A DNA stretch of 64,000 nt from Chara braunii (taxonomy: Eukaryota; Plantae; Charophyceae), in assembly GCA_003427395.1 (NCBI GenBank), contig BFEA01000022.1, positions 114,504 through 178,503 on the forward strand. The letters run 5' to 3'. A model generated the notes under the pieces. The model saw only the letters and a list, made by a program, of their open reading frames with translations, had not been told where the DNA came from and ran no database searches. Position 1 is the first letter of the stretch, and each line of letters begins with the position of its first letter. Both the position numbers and the translations under genes were made by a program. Positions 53,010-64,000 of the stretch are shown here, one piece after another.

Positions 53010-53990
53010 TAATAATAATAATAATAACATAAATAATAATAATATTCGAATTCATTAAAAGAATTGAACTGTAGTGGACATCAGAAACCAAGCAGCATTA
53101 TACATATGGAAACAGACAATCTTGATCCCGTATCAAAAGGCAAGATTGCATCACGAGTTTCATTAACAAAGAATTCAACAAAAGTTTATAAGTGATACTG
53201 TCGGAGCAGTCTCTTCATCAAAGAACCAATGTCGACAACCTACCCGGCGTCCAGCGAGCAGACTGCGAAGGACAGATCCTATCTAGACTATCTACAATGC
53301 TGTTGGTGACGTCAGCATCTCCCCGAAGTACGGGCAGATCTTGGCCAATGTCGATCGCCTCAGGCACCACGTATGTCTCTCGTCTCACTTACAACCTCGT
53401 TTTTCCCCACTCACTCTTTCTCCATCTGTTTCGTTCTCTGTGTGTATGTGTCTCTTTCTCTGTCTCGGTGTCCGTTCGTCTGACTGTCTACCTGTATGTA
53501 TGTATCAGTGTTTGACTGTTTGTCATGTGTGTCTGTTTATGTCTGAGTCTGTCCTGGTCCGTTCGTTTATCTGTGTTTTGTTTGTTCTGTCCGACTATAC
53601 CTGTCCTTCCTGAATCTGACCGTCATAACTGCCCGCTTCAGTCTTTGTCTTTTCGCTTATGTATGTGTATGGCTGATTATCTTTGTTTGTCTGTTTGACT
53701 GACTGTGTTTGTTTGTCGGTATTTGTCAGTCAGTCTGTCCGTATCCGTCATTCAGTCTCTGTATGTGTGTCTGTGTGTCCGTAGGTCTGTTTTTGTTTGT
53801 CTGATTCACGTTTGTCCATCTGTCTGTCGCAGCCTGTCCATATTCGTATGTGTGTCTGGTTGCCCTGTGTCTGTCTGTTTGCCTTTGTCTGTGTCTCGTC
53901 TGCCTGTCTGACTGTCTGTCTTTGTTTGTTATGTTTGTCTGTATGTGCAGGTTTGGCATATCTGTCTGCTCTCATTTCTTCCTCTTACTC

Positions 53991-54046
<56 letters not shown>

Positions 54047-54899
54047 TAACACACACACATACATAGTAGTAGTGTAGATTCACTCATTTTTGCGCATTCT
54101 ATTAATACCAGTACAGTAGTGTACCTTGCCATATTCTAGTGGCAAATTTGTTCGATTTCACCCATCCTATCGACGAGAGTACCGGCAGTCTTGCAGACTC
54201 ACCTGTTTTCTTTCACTCTCGTTCCGAGGCAGTGTACGATCCTTCACGAGGCGCAGCACACCGAGATCACGACATGGAGATCACAACAAGCACAAGCGCG
54301 CATCCCAATGAGTCGGGCAATGATGGATCTGTTCTCATGGTGCCATCGGTGGGTGCACCAGACATCCCACAAATCTCCACTTTCGTATGTGGTAAGCAGC
54401 GGGTGCAAGGGCGCGGCTACTCACGCCACGTCTCTCTGCCACTACCAACCGCACACAGATTTCTTCCTTCGTGTGCGTTTGTCTACATGCTCCTCTCTAC
54501 AATGCACACGATCTGACACAATATGCAACATATGGAGACTACGGCACGGAGGACACGTCAGCCACAAGCGCACCGTCCAACAAGTAGGGCGGTGTCGACT
54601 CATCCTCACAATGCCGTCTGGCTGAGCCATCACACACTCGGCAAGCCTCCCTTTTCACATTCGGTAAGTGGCGGGTAACCGGGCGGAACGACCCACAAGT
54701 CGGTGCCAACACCTCAAATCTCATGCCCGAGACCTTGCCATCTAACGACTGTAAGGAAGGTAAGCCGTCTTGTCCGCTTCTTAGTTAGGATAATATTGCT
54801 ATAAAAATCATAAAATAATAATGAAACAGTAACAACAACCACAACAGTAATAATAATAATAATAATAATAATAACGATAATCATGATAATAATAATAAT

Positions 54900-55610
54900 C
54901 AGGGTTACCTGACCGAACGTTCGGGGGCCCCCGGGCTGGCCCCTGAACGTTCGGGCGTTTGGGGTCCCGTTCGGGGGCCGAACACCTCCTGGTTCGGCCC
55001 CCGCCAAAGATGGGGGTGTCAAAACGTGCTCGCCCACTCACTATTTTTTTTTTTTTACTTTTAACTTTTTGTTTTCGCTTAATTTCGGGGCCTAAAAATT
55101 TTTATTATTTTTTGAAAATTATTTAATGACTTATTGATTATGCAAACTAAATATCTATGAATTTTCAGGGCATTTTTCAATGCCAAAAAATAATTAAAAA
55201 TCGGCAAAGATGGCGGTGTCGAAAAGGTGCTGACACACTCACTCATTTTAATTCTCTTTTTATTTTTTCTTATTTTTATCATATTGTTTATTTTCTGTAT
55301 TNNNNNNNNNNNNNNNNNNNNNNNNNNNNNNNNNNNNNNNNNNNNNNNNNNNNNNNNNNNNNNNNNNNNNNNNNNNNNNNNNNNNNNNNNNNNNNNNNNN
55401 NNNNNNNNNNNNNNNNNNNNNNNNNNNNNNNNNNNNNNNNNNNNNNNNNNNNNNNNNNNNNNNNNNNNNNNNNNNNNNNNNNNNNNTTTTTTTTTTTTTT
55501 TTTTTTTTGTCCGCGTTCGGCCCGAACGGCCGAACGCCTCCCGAAGGGGTCCCGTACGTTCGGGAGTTCGGGTTCGGGCGTTCAGACCGTTCCGAATGCA
55601 GGTAACCCTG
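54900..55610. mobile_element. Non-autonomous hAT-type MITE inserted in an (AAT)n microsatellite
   Basis: Perfect 12-bp TIR CAGGGTTACCTG / CAGGTAACCCTG; ataataat on both sides; CCGAAC/GTTCGG subterminal repeats. Confidence 0.9.
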
Positions 55611-55625
55611 ATAATAATAATTATA

Positions 55626-55656
<31 letters not shown>

Positions 55657-56933
55657 CAGTAATAATAATAATAGGACTAATAATAGGAATTAAAATGTGA
55701 TTATCGAATGTATACAAGCTATCTTTCCGGTTCGATACCTCAACGTCAGGGGGCTATATTTGGGGAAAACGGAACGTGATTAGAGGCAGCAACGATTACC
55801 AACCATCGGGTATGATTCTCACACACAAACGTTTACACGCACACACGCACGTTCAGGCACGCACGCATGCACACGTACAAATGTAGGAATGCACATTTCC
55901 ATGTTATAGCGGTGGATTCATTCGATTTTGTTCATCCTATTGACGACACTACCGTGATGACAACCGTGAAATCTACACTTACACACTCACACACACATAC
56001 ACACACACACTCACGGACGTGACGGCGTATATTTCCATGTTTTAGCGGTAGATACTCTCGTTTTTGTTCATCCTATCAATAGGAGTAGCGGGAGTATGGT
56101 TGAGGGGTTGAAGACTTACCTGTTGGCCAGTGCGTTGCTCCGTGATGCCTCTCGGAAGACGAGGACAGCAGAGCCTCCCCACCAAGTTATGACACCTCCT
56201 GATACTAACGGGACGCTCCTTTCGTGAGTGCGGACACGAAGACAACACCACATGAGGATCACAATCGTTCTTCTCAAAACGCACAGGATGAGGGTGTTGT
56301 GGTTGAGCACGGGCAACAGGTAAGTCGCCTTCACCCCCTCCTCTCTTTTTCCTCCTCCTCCTCCTCCTTCTTCTTCATCTTTTTTATCCTTCTTCTTCTT
56401 CCTCTTCTTTTTTTTCTTCTTCTTCTTCACTGTTTCAACTCCCGCACGCTATCTCCGCAACCTTGCGCGCCTCGTCTCTCTCTTCTCCCTTCGCGCTACT
56501 CTTCTTCTCCTTCTCGCGCCCTTCTTCCTTCTCTCTCTTCCTCTCCTTCTCCCCCTTCTTTCTTCCTCCTCTTCTTCTTCTCTTCTTCTACTTTCTGCAC
56601 GCCTTTTCTCTCTCTTCTCTGAGCCCTCCTTTCCTACTTTTGTGCATCCACCCCGCCTTCCTATTTCTTGCGCTGCTCCCTGTTCTCTATGTTCCCCCTC
56701 CCCGATTTCGCGATCGTGTTGCCTAGTCGAGTCGTGCCTCCGCTGCCTGTGTGTGAGTTCCTCATCGAGTCGTTCGCGACTCTTCGGCTCGGCCACGCCT
56801 CAGTTTGTTGTACACAGGCAACGCCTGTGTTTGAACACGATCGTGACTATGGTGCAGATTCGTTCGTACGAATCTACCATATGGTGGATCGAAATCGTAT
56901 TAGGTAAAAATAACAATAATAAGAAGAATAAGA

Positions 56934-56983
<50 letters not shown>

Positions 56984-56989
56984 AAGTTA

Positions 56990-57023
<34 letters not shown>

Positions 57024-57051
57024 AACTAACTAACTCACTGCTTAGGCCACT

Positions 57052-57815
57052 TGTCGTGCACGCAACACAACCGAATCTAAGGGCCCCAACCAACTACTAT
57101 CTTCTAATATCTAGGGCACAGGATCGAACCCCGACCGATCGAGCCCAGGTGAAGGTGTAGAGGAACTCCTTGCAAAAAGGAGCTAGCTTCAATGTTTGGG
57201 TGGACTCGAACCCTACACCCTGTGCTTGATAGTCCTACACCTTAACCTACTGAGCTAGCTCCCACTTCGAGTAGAAGGGGAGCAGCTTAGTTCATAAACA
57301 GTAGTGGGGCTCAGTCCGACCAATGGACTGAGCCCGTTTTTCTTAAGTTAGTGTGTGTGCTCTCTTGCTGGTCCGCAAGCCTATCTGATTGCTTGTCGGC
57401 TTAAGTGCATGCATGACCCGCAAGGGCACTTGATTCACCTGTTGGCCCAAAGAGCCGGTATTTGCCTGCGGCCGTAACATTGAGGGTTGAGGTAGTGAAA
57501 ACACTCAAGTAGCAGGTATGTCGGTATCACACCAGTAGAGGTAGATGTACGCGGCACCCGAGGTTGAGCAGAAAAAAAACAAAAGTTGGCATTCTTATAG
57601 GCCCAACACCGGTAGATAGGCGGATACCAGTTCAAGTAGCCTGACTCTAGACCCGGTGCGGACGATATTGGAGGTTGCAGTGGTGTCTCCCTCTGTAAAG
57701 GGATGAAGACACCAATTGTTTTGGGTGGCCACGTGGGTACGAAGTTACCACTCGAGAGGCGACTTCCTCTCTACATACGGGAGGCGAAGTGGTAACCTCA
57801 ACCTTGTTCACGACA
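57052..57815 (-). mobile_element. LTR (764 bp) followed by a PBS-like TGG and internal sequence running leftwards
   Basis: Minus strand TGTCGTG...CACGACA (perfect 7-bp inverted termini), then AG-TGGCCTAAGCAGTG; homologous to 58556-59330. Confidence 0.75.
57174..57262 (-). ncRNA. Putative Pol III small RNA (tRNA-derived or vault-RNA-like layout) inside LTR
   Basis: GGAGCTAGCTCAGTAGG (A box) ... GGTTCGAGTCC (B box) ... AGCTAGCTCC TTTTT; the 5' and 3' ends form a 10-bp stem. Confidence 0.6.
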
Positions 57816-58555
57816 TACGTGTACCGACTGCCGCCACCTATTATGGTCGGCAGTGTATTTCTTTTGGCTGCCCCGGCCTCATGGTCGGGGTTGTATTATT
57901 TTTTCAATCGACTTTAGATTTTACGGCGGCGCGACCTGCCGACTTCCCTATACCCGTCGGTTCGACGCCCCGTCACTCATTCTAATTCGTTTTTCCCTTA
58001 CCACCTGAACGTTTGACTGATTTAGATCGTGGTCGACGCATCCCGCACGACGTTTTCTTGTCCTCAACCAACCCTCCGTCTCTCGCGGCCGAAGACTTTT
58101 AATTTTTACTAACCCTTACTTGTTATCGTATGCGTCGTATCACTGCGTATTATCGTTTAGAAATCTCGGCCTCAACAGTCGAGAAGTTTGTTTCACGGCG
58201 CTATGCCAAAAAATTCTCACTTTCTACTCCAGAGTGTCTCCGGCACGACGACGGGCGTCGATACTGCATCGAATGCAAAATTATGAGCAAATACCCTTGT
58301 AAGGGTGTTTGCTCCGATAACGTTATTATGACGCGCGCTGTGATGGTTAGGATCGGTAGTAATACCTTTCGACCGAAAAGGTCGAGGGGTCGATTGGACT
58401 AGTGTTGTGTCGAGAAAACCTACGACGCGCACAAAGAATTAAAATGTCAATAGTTTAGATGTGCTAAAACTAATATATGCCTCTACCATACGGTCAGAGT
58501 GATAAAAGGCGGTGATTGTCAGATTTTGCAGAATCACCCTGAAATGCTTATGGCC

Positions 58556-59330
58556 TGTCACCCAAACTTGCATACTGCAAACTGAGGTTGCGGCTACCGC
58601 TCGGCCTCCCATATGTAGAGAGGGAGTTGCCTCTTGGGTAGTGACTTCCTGTCCACCTGACCACCCAAGCGACCGGTAGCTCCTCCCTTTCGGAAGGAAA
58701 CATCATTGCAGGCCCTAGTATCGTCTGCATATGCCCTAAACTCAAGATACGTGAACCGGTACCCGCCTATCGACCGATACTGGGCCTCTAAAAATGCCAA
58801 CTTTTATCTTCTTCTGCTCGGCCTCAAATACCCGGTACATCTACCTCTACTTGGTGTGTCGCGGGGCCTCTTTCCCCGCCACTTGAGTGTTTTCCCTGTC
58901 GCGACCGTCAATGTCACGGCCACAGGTAAGTACCGGCCCTTCGGGCCTTGCAATCAATCAAGTGCCCTTGCAGGTCACACACACACTCAAGTCGACAAGC
59001 ACTTAGATAGGTACGCAGATCAGCAAGCGTGCACACACACACACATGTTTAGAAGTGTGCTTAAGCCACTAGGTGGACCAAGCCCCACTTCCTTGCATAT
59101 ATTTGGGCTGCTCCACTTCTATCTGAAGTAGGAGCTAGCTCAGTAGGTTTGGGTGCGGATTGTTAAGCAACAAACTCGAGATCGAATCTGCTTGAACCCT
59201 GGGCCAGCTCCTTTTAGCAAGGAGCGCAATTACAATTTACCCCGCGTTCCAGTCAGGCCGGCTCGAACTCGTGATCTCGAGTTCAAAATTAGTTAGAGTT
59301 AGTTAGCCCTTTGAAAACGAGGGCATTACA
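58556..59330 (+). mobile_element. LTR (775 bp) followed by a PBS-like TGG and internal sequence running rightwards
   Basis: TGTCAC...GGGCATTACA then AT-TGGCAGATAGTGG; inverted homologue of 57052-57815. Confidence 0.7.
59131..59215 (+). ncRNA. Putative Pol III small RNA inside LTR (second, diverged copy)
   Basis: GGAGCTAGCTCAGTAGG ... AGATCGAATCT (degenerate B box) ... CTGGGCCAGCTCC TTTT; TATATTT about 30 nt upstream. Confidence 0.5.
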
Positions 59331-60443
59331 ATTGGCAGATAGTGGTAGTTGGTGGTTAGTTTCTTTTCTTTTATTTATTTTTTCATTAGTTAGATTCGTT
59401 TCTTTACTTTATTAGTTCTTACATTGTTTTTGTTCGTTTATGTTTTCTTTTCTATTCCGTAGTTGTTCTTTATAGATTCACTTTTGTAAACCTGCCTCTG
59501 AAACCAGGGCGGATTCAATTTTGTAGTTCATCGTGATAATGATCTGGCCAAGGTTGTGAAGAAAGGCTCGCCCGCTAAGCACAACGGCGTGACATTGAGA
59601 AGGAGTGGGAGACAAGGCGCGGCGAAGAGTGAGAGGGGGACATGGGGAAAGCAGGAAGAAAAGTGAGCGATCATGGGGAGATAGCGCAAGCAGGGAAGTA
59701 GAGGAGATGGTCGCGCATAAGAAGGAGGGTGCGCGGGGAGGAGGAAGAAGAAGAGGGAGAAGAAGAAGGAAAAGAAGAAAAAAAAGAAAAAAAAAAAAAG
59801 AAGGAGAAGAGAGAGAGGGAGCATGACAACTTACCTCGCTTGGCGACTGAAGATGATGACGATCCGATCGTGCAACAAGTGGAGGCGTGGTGCCCGTCAC
59901 CGACTCTCAGCTTCAACACTCTCATCCCGTAAGTTTCGGGAAGAGCGGTTGCGACTTTGTTGTGGTGTTGTCTTCGTGTCCGTGCTCACAACAACACGTT
60001 CCATTTATCTGCGGAGTGTTGCGACTCGGCAGGGAGGCTCTGCACTCGTTGCCATTCGAGTGGCGTCAAGTGGTGATGGAGCAACCGGCCTCAGCCCTGC
60101 GTCCGCTGCTTACCTTATGCGAGGGTGGAGACTTGTCGGATGCGTGATGCATCCGCCGATGGCGCCGTGAGGAGGGGCTTGTCATCCGCTCGACTTATGC
60201 GGTGCCCACTTATGCCTGTCGTGTCTTTCGCTTGCTGTGATCTTGGAATGATGCACTTCGTGATGGATCGTGTTGCGTTGCGTTGGGGGGGCACATAGAG
60301 CCGTGTCGGTCAGTGACGACGACGACGAGGGGAGAGAGAGGAACATGTAATTTTTCAATCACACAACTTACCTCATAGTACTCCTATCAATAGGACGAGT
60401 AAAATCAAATGAATCTACCATTACAACTAGGAGATATACATTA

Positions 60444-60502
<59 letters not shown>

Positions 60503-60831
60503 CATGTGTGTGTGAGTGACAAAGAGAGAGTTTTTCATTGATAGGATGAGCTATACATCGGCCAGCAAGTCTTCGACCCCTCGGCTGACCTCACGATACT
60601 TTCACCGATAGGGTGAGCGAAATCATATTAACGTGGAAATATACACTACTACACTTGTGCTTGTGCGTGTGTGCGCGAATGAGTGTGTGTGTGTGTGTGT
60701 GTGTGTGAGTGTGTATGTGTGTGTGTGAGTGTTCAATTTGGCGGCCTACTCCATAGTACTTCCACTGATAGGATGAGCAAAACCATATGAATCTACTGCA
60801 AGATCAGGGAAATATATGGTACCACTACATC

Positions 60832-60870
<39 letters not shown>

Positions 60871-61571
60871 CGAGGATGATCGCACGCTACTTCCATCGAT
60901 AGGATGAGCAAAACCGGATGAATTTACCGCAGGAACATGAAAGTATACTTGTTTGCTCAGTCACGTGTGCGTGGGCGTATGTGTGTGTGGGTGTTGTTGC
61001 TTCTTGTGCTTACGGTCAGATTCTTTTTGATAGATTCTCGTTCTCAAAGTCGTTTTGATCATGATATCGACTTGCTGATGCCATTATCAAATCATCGTCT
61101 AGTGTTGGATGAATAGCCTGGAAGCATAATGTCGTATGAGCCAGCTCAATAGCGGGCTGGTGTCTGAAAGGTGGGCAGGGTGTGGTCTGATCTCTGTCTA
61201 GTTGCTTGATGCGTTGCAATGACTGGATGAAATTTTTGGTTAATGGTTCGTGGGCATTGTGATAAGCTCTTTGTGGTATACATGTCGGTGCCCAACGCTC
61301 CTAGTTTTGGTACGTGTGTACCAAACTACCAGTTTTGTAAGAGAAAATTTGGTCGGTACATGAAGGTTACCCTGTTAGAACATACCTGGGCATTCACACA
61401 TCTAGATGCAGGTTATGCAAAGTCGACTGCTTTTATGCTGGTTTGGACTACGACAGTTTTGTTGAAATTTTTGTACCCGAGAAGGGTATTTCGGGGTGTG
61501 TGAGTATGTTCTCAGTTGGTAGATTGTGTACAGATGGTTCCCAGTGACGAGTTGCACACACACACACACAC

Positions 61572-61610
<39 letters not shown>

Positions 61611-61712
61611 NNNNNNNNNNNNNNNNNNNNNNNNNNNNNNNNNNNNNNNNNNNNNNNNNNNNNNNNNNNNNNNNNNNNNNNNNNNNNNNNNNNNNNNNNN
61701 NNNNNNNNNNNN

Positions 61713-61783
<71 letters not shown>

Positions 61784-62618
61784 GAGAGTTATGGAAAGTG
61801 AGAATTGTATATCCCATTGATATTTCGATGTGCGCGGTCGTAGTGGCACTGACTTTACTTGTTCCTTGTAATGGTGATCTTATTGGACTGAGCAGTCTCA
61901 CCGGTGAAAACATATTACAATAAGTCCCCCACTTGAAAGGTAGACTGGTAGTAGTACTCGTTGGTCTGTTTCATCTCGTTGGTCTGTTTCATCACATAAA
62001 CTAAGTTCTTGGGTATTTAGTCAGTCACTTCATGTGGGCTGGGTCTTCTCTCTACAGATGTGTGTGCGTGTATGTGTATGTGTGAGAGAGAGAGACAAGT
62101 ATTTGTTATTCTTGTTATCCCCTCCATGGAAAATCCCGATATAACTGTATCTGACAGTAAAGATAGGTAGGATATTTTTGTAGTGACTTATTATTGTCTT
62201 TATAACTAGTATTACTATTACTATTATTGCTAGGTTACTAGTTGTCCGATGGCCGGTTGTCCTGGGCGGACATCCTGTGCAGAGTTGTCCGGGATCCCGG
62301 ACAACTCATTTTTTTCAAATATGGAAAGCAGGAAAAGAAAAAAAAAAACGAGGGGGCGTTGCACTCCACCAGGGGAACCCCCAAAAAATTTTTGAGGCCA
62401 TTCGGAGCAAAAAAATAAAAAAAGGTGTCAGGGGTGGGGATGGGGGTGGGAAGCATACTTGCAGCATGTAGGTGTCGGGGGTGGGGAAGGGGGTGGGGAG
62501 CATACTTGCGGCGTGTAGGTGAAGTGCGTTGCGCAGTGCACTAATCCCAGATGCGCAAACGCACGAGCGTGAAAAAAAAGTAAAAATAAAAAAAAAATTG
62601 TGATGTGTGTATACACGC

Positions 62619-62672
<54 letters not shown>

Positions 62673-62901
62673 ACAGAGCCTTTTCACATTATTCAGACTA
62701 CCCCTGCCTATACTTCAAAAGGTCCCTGCCAAAAATTGGCAAGGGTCCTGTCGGCAATAATGAGTGGTCAATTGACAGGTCACACTAAACGTGTACAAGG
62801 AGAGAGCAGGCCAGCTATATATGGTGTAGCTTCGAATTCAGGTCCGTGTTTCAACAGTTATGGGCATGTGATATTCAGGGCTTCACTCCACTACTCACCA
62901 A

Positions 62902-63646
62902 ATGTGCAAAACTAGAATGAATCTTCTCCTAGAAACTGGAACCATACAAGCCATAGGTTTTTCTTTTCTGCAAGTGCTGGCGAGTGGAGGGAGGCCCTTG
63001 GGGCCACTGCATATAAGAAAAGGAAAAACAAAAAAATGAGATAGTTGTTGTATGTGCAGAACTAGAATGAATCTTATCATAGAAACTGGAACCATACAAG
63101 CCATCCGTTTTTCTTGTCTGCCAGTGCAGATGAGTGGAGCGAGGCCCTTAGGGCCATTGCACGTAAGAAAAGGAAAAAAAAAAAAAAAGACAGCTACTGT
63201 ATGTGCAAAACTAGAATGAATCTTCTCCTAGAAACTGGAACCATACAGCCATCCGTTTTTCTTTTCTGCAAGTGCTGATGAGTGGAGTCAAGCCCTTAGA
63301 GCCACTGCATGTAAGGAAAGGGGAAAAAGAAAACGAAACAACTACTGTATATGCACAACTGGAATGAATCTTCTCCTAGAAGCTGGAACCATACAAGCCA
63401 TCCGTTTTTCTTTTTTGCAAGTGCTGATGAGTGGAGTCAGGCCCTTAGGGCCACTGCACGTAAGGAAAGGGGGAAAAAAAAACGAAACAGCTACTGTATG
63501 TGCAAAACTGGAATGAATCTTCTCCTAGAAACTGTAACCATACAAGCCATCCGTTTTTCTTTTTTGCAAGTACGAATGAGTGGAGTCAGGCCCTTAGGGC
63601 CATTGCACGTAAATAAAGGGAAAAAAAAAACTAGACAGCTACTGTA
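62902..63646. repeat. ~149-bp tandem repeat, 5 units, each able to fold into a long hairpin
   Basis: Units start at 62902, 63052, 63201, 63349, 63498; T-rich arm, GGCCC-TTA-GGGCC apex, A/G-rich arm. Confidence 0.92.
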
Positions 63647-64000
63647 GTGTTTGTAGTAAAACTCGTAACCCATAACTCTCGGAACACAAACCTGAATCCG
63701 AATCCATGATATATTGCTGGCTTGCTCGAAGACTTCCAACAGTCCGATGGTCATCCTTCCAAAAGCATGGAAACTCTGCTAAATATTTGCAGGAGACCTT
63801 TTGGATGAGGAGGAAGAGGAAGAAGAAGGAGAATAAAACTGGGAGGGCGAGAAGGGCGAGGGGTCGGGCGCTGATTTCAATTTGAATTTGGCCCGATCTG
63901 GGTCGTAGATCTCTTAGATCTGACGGCCCAGACTGGGCCTTTTTTGGTCTTGTTTTTGGAGGCCCTACCGGTGTCACTAAAATTGGGCAGATGGAAAGGG

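Noticed and set aside
57174-57262. Canonical tRNA gene
   Set aside because: A and B boxes are present but there is no convincing anticodon arm or cloverleaf, and the 3' segment after the B box is too long; reported as tRNA-like ncRNA instead.
61016-61503. Possible coding fragment
   Set aside because: No recognisable motif in the frames I translated.
62231-62310. Possible DNA-transposon end (GTTGTCC/GGACAAC repeats); similarly GTTCGG repeats ending TTACTG at ~4535-4580
   Set aside because: No matching opposite terminus or TSD found in the window.

Overview
Repeat-dominated eukaryotic scaffold segment with N gaps and many microsatellites. I recognise no intact host gene. The repeat style suggests a streptophyte alga such as Chara (inference only). 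Main content: (1) a giant decayed Ty3/gypsy LTR retrotransposon (15365-42391, +) with ~5.4 kb LTRs, a tRNA-Asp-type PBS, extra ORF remnants, gag-PR-RT-RH-INT and a nested TIR DNA element; (2) other Ty3/gypsy fragments (62-245, 4585-5635); (3) a Sola-like DDE transposase pseudogene (~6.5-8.5 kb, -); (4) two hAT-type MITEs with 8-bp TSDs; (5) a minus-strand 3' LTR (48848-49690) preceded by ~18 stem-loops with variable stems and a shared CCG loop motif; (6) a family of ~0.8 kb LTRs (944-1744, 57052-57815, 58556-59330), two of which sit head-to-head and each carry a self-contained Pol III-like small-RNA cassette (A box, B box, closing stem, T-run); (7) several tandem and foldback repeats; (8) a Nextera mate-pair adapter artefact at 22530-22567. 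The best candidates for undescribed biology are the LTR-embedded Pol III cassette, the hairpin array, and the ORF inside the giant LTRs.
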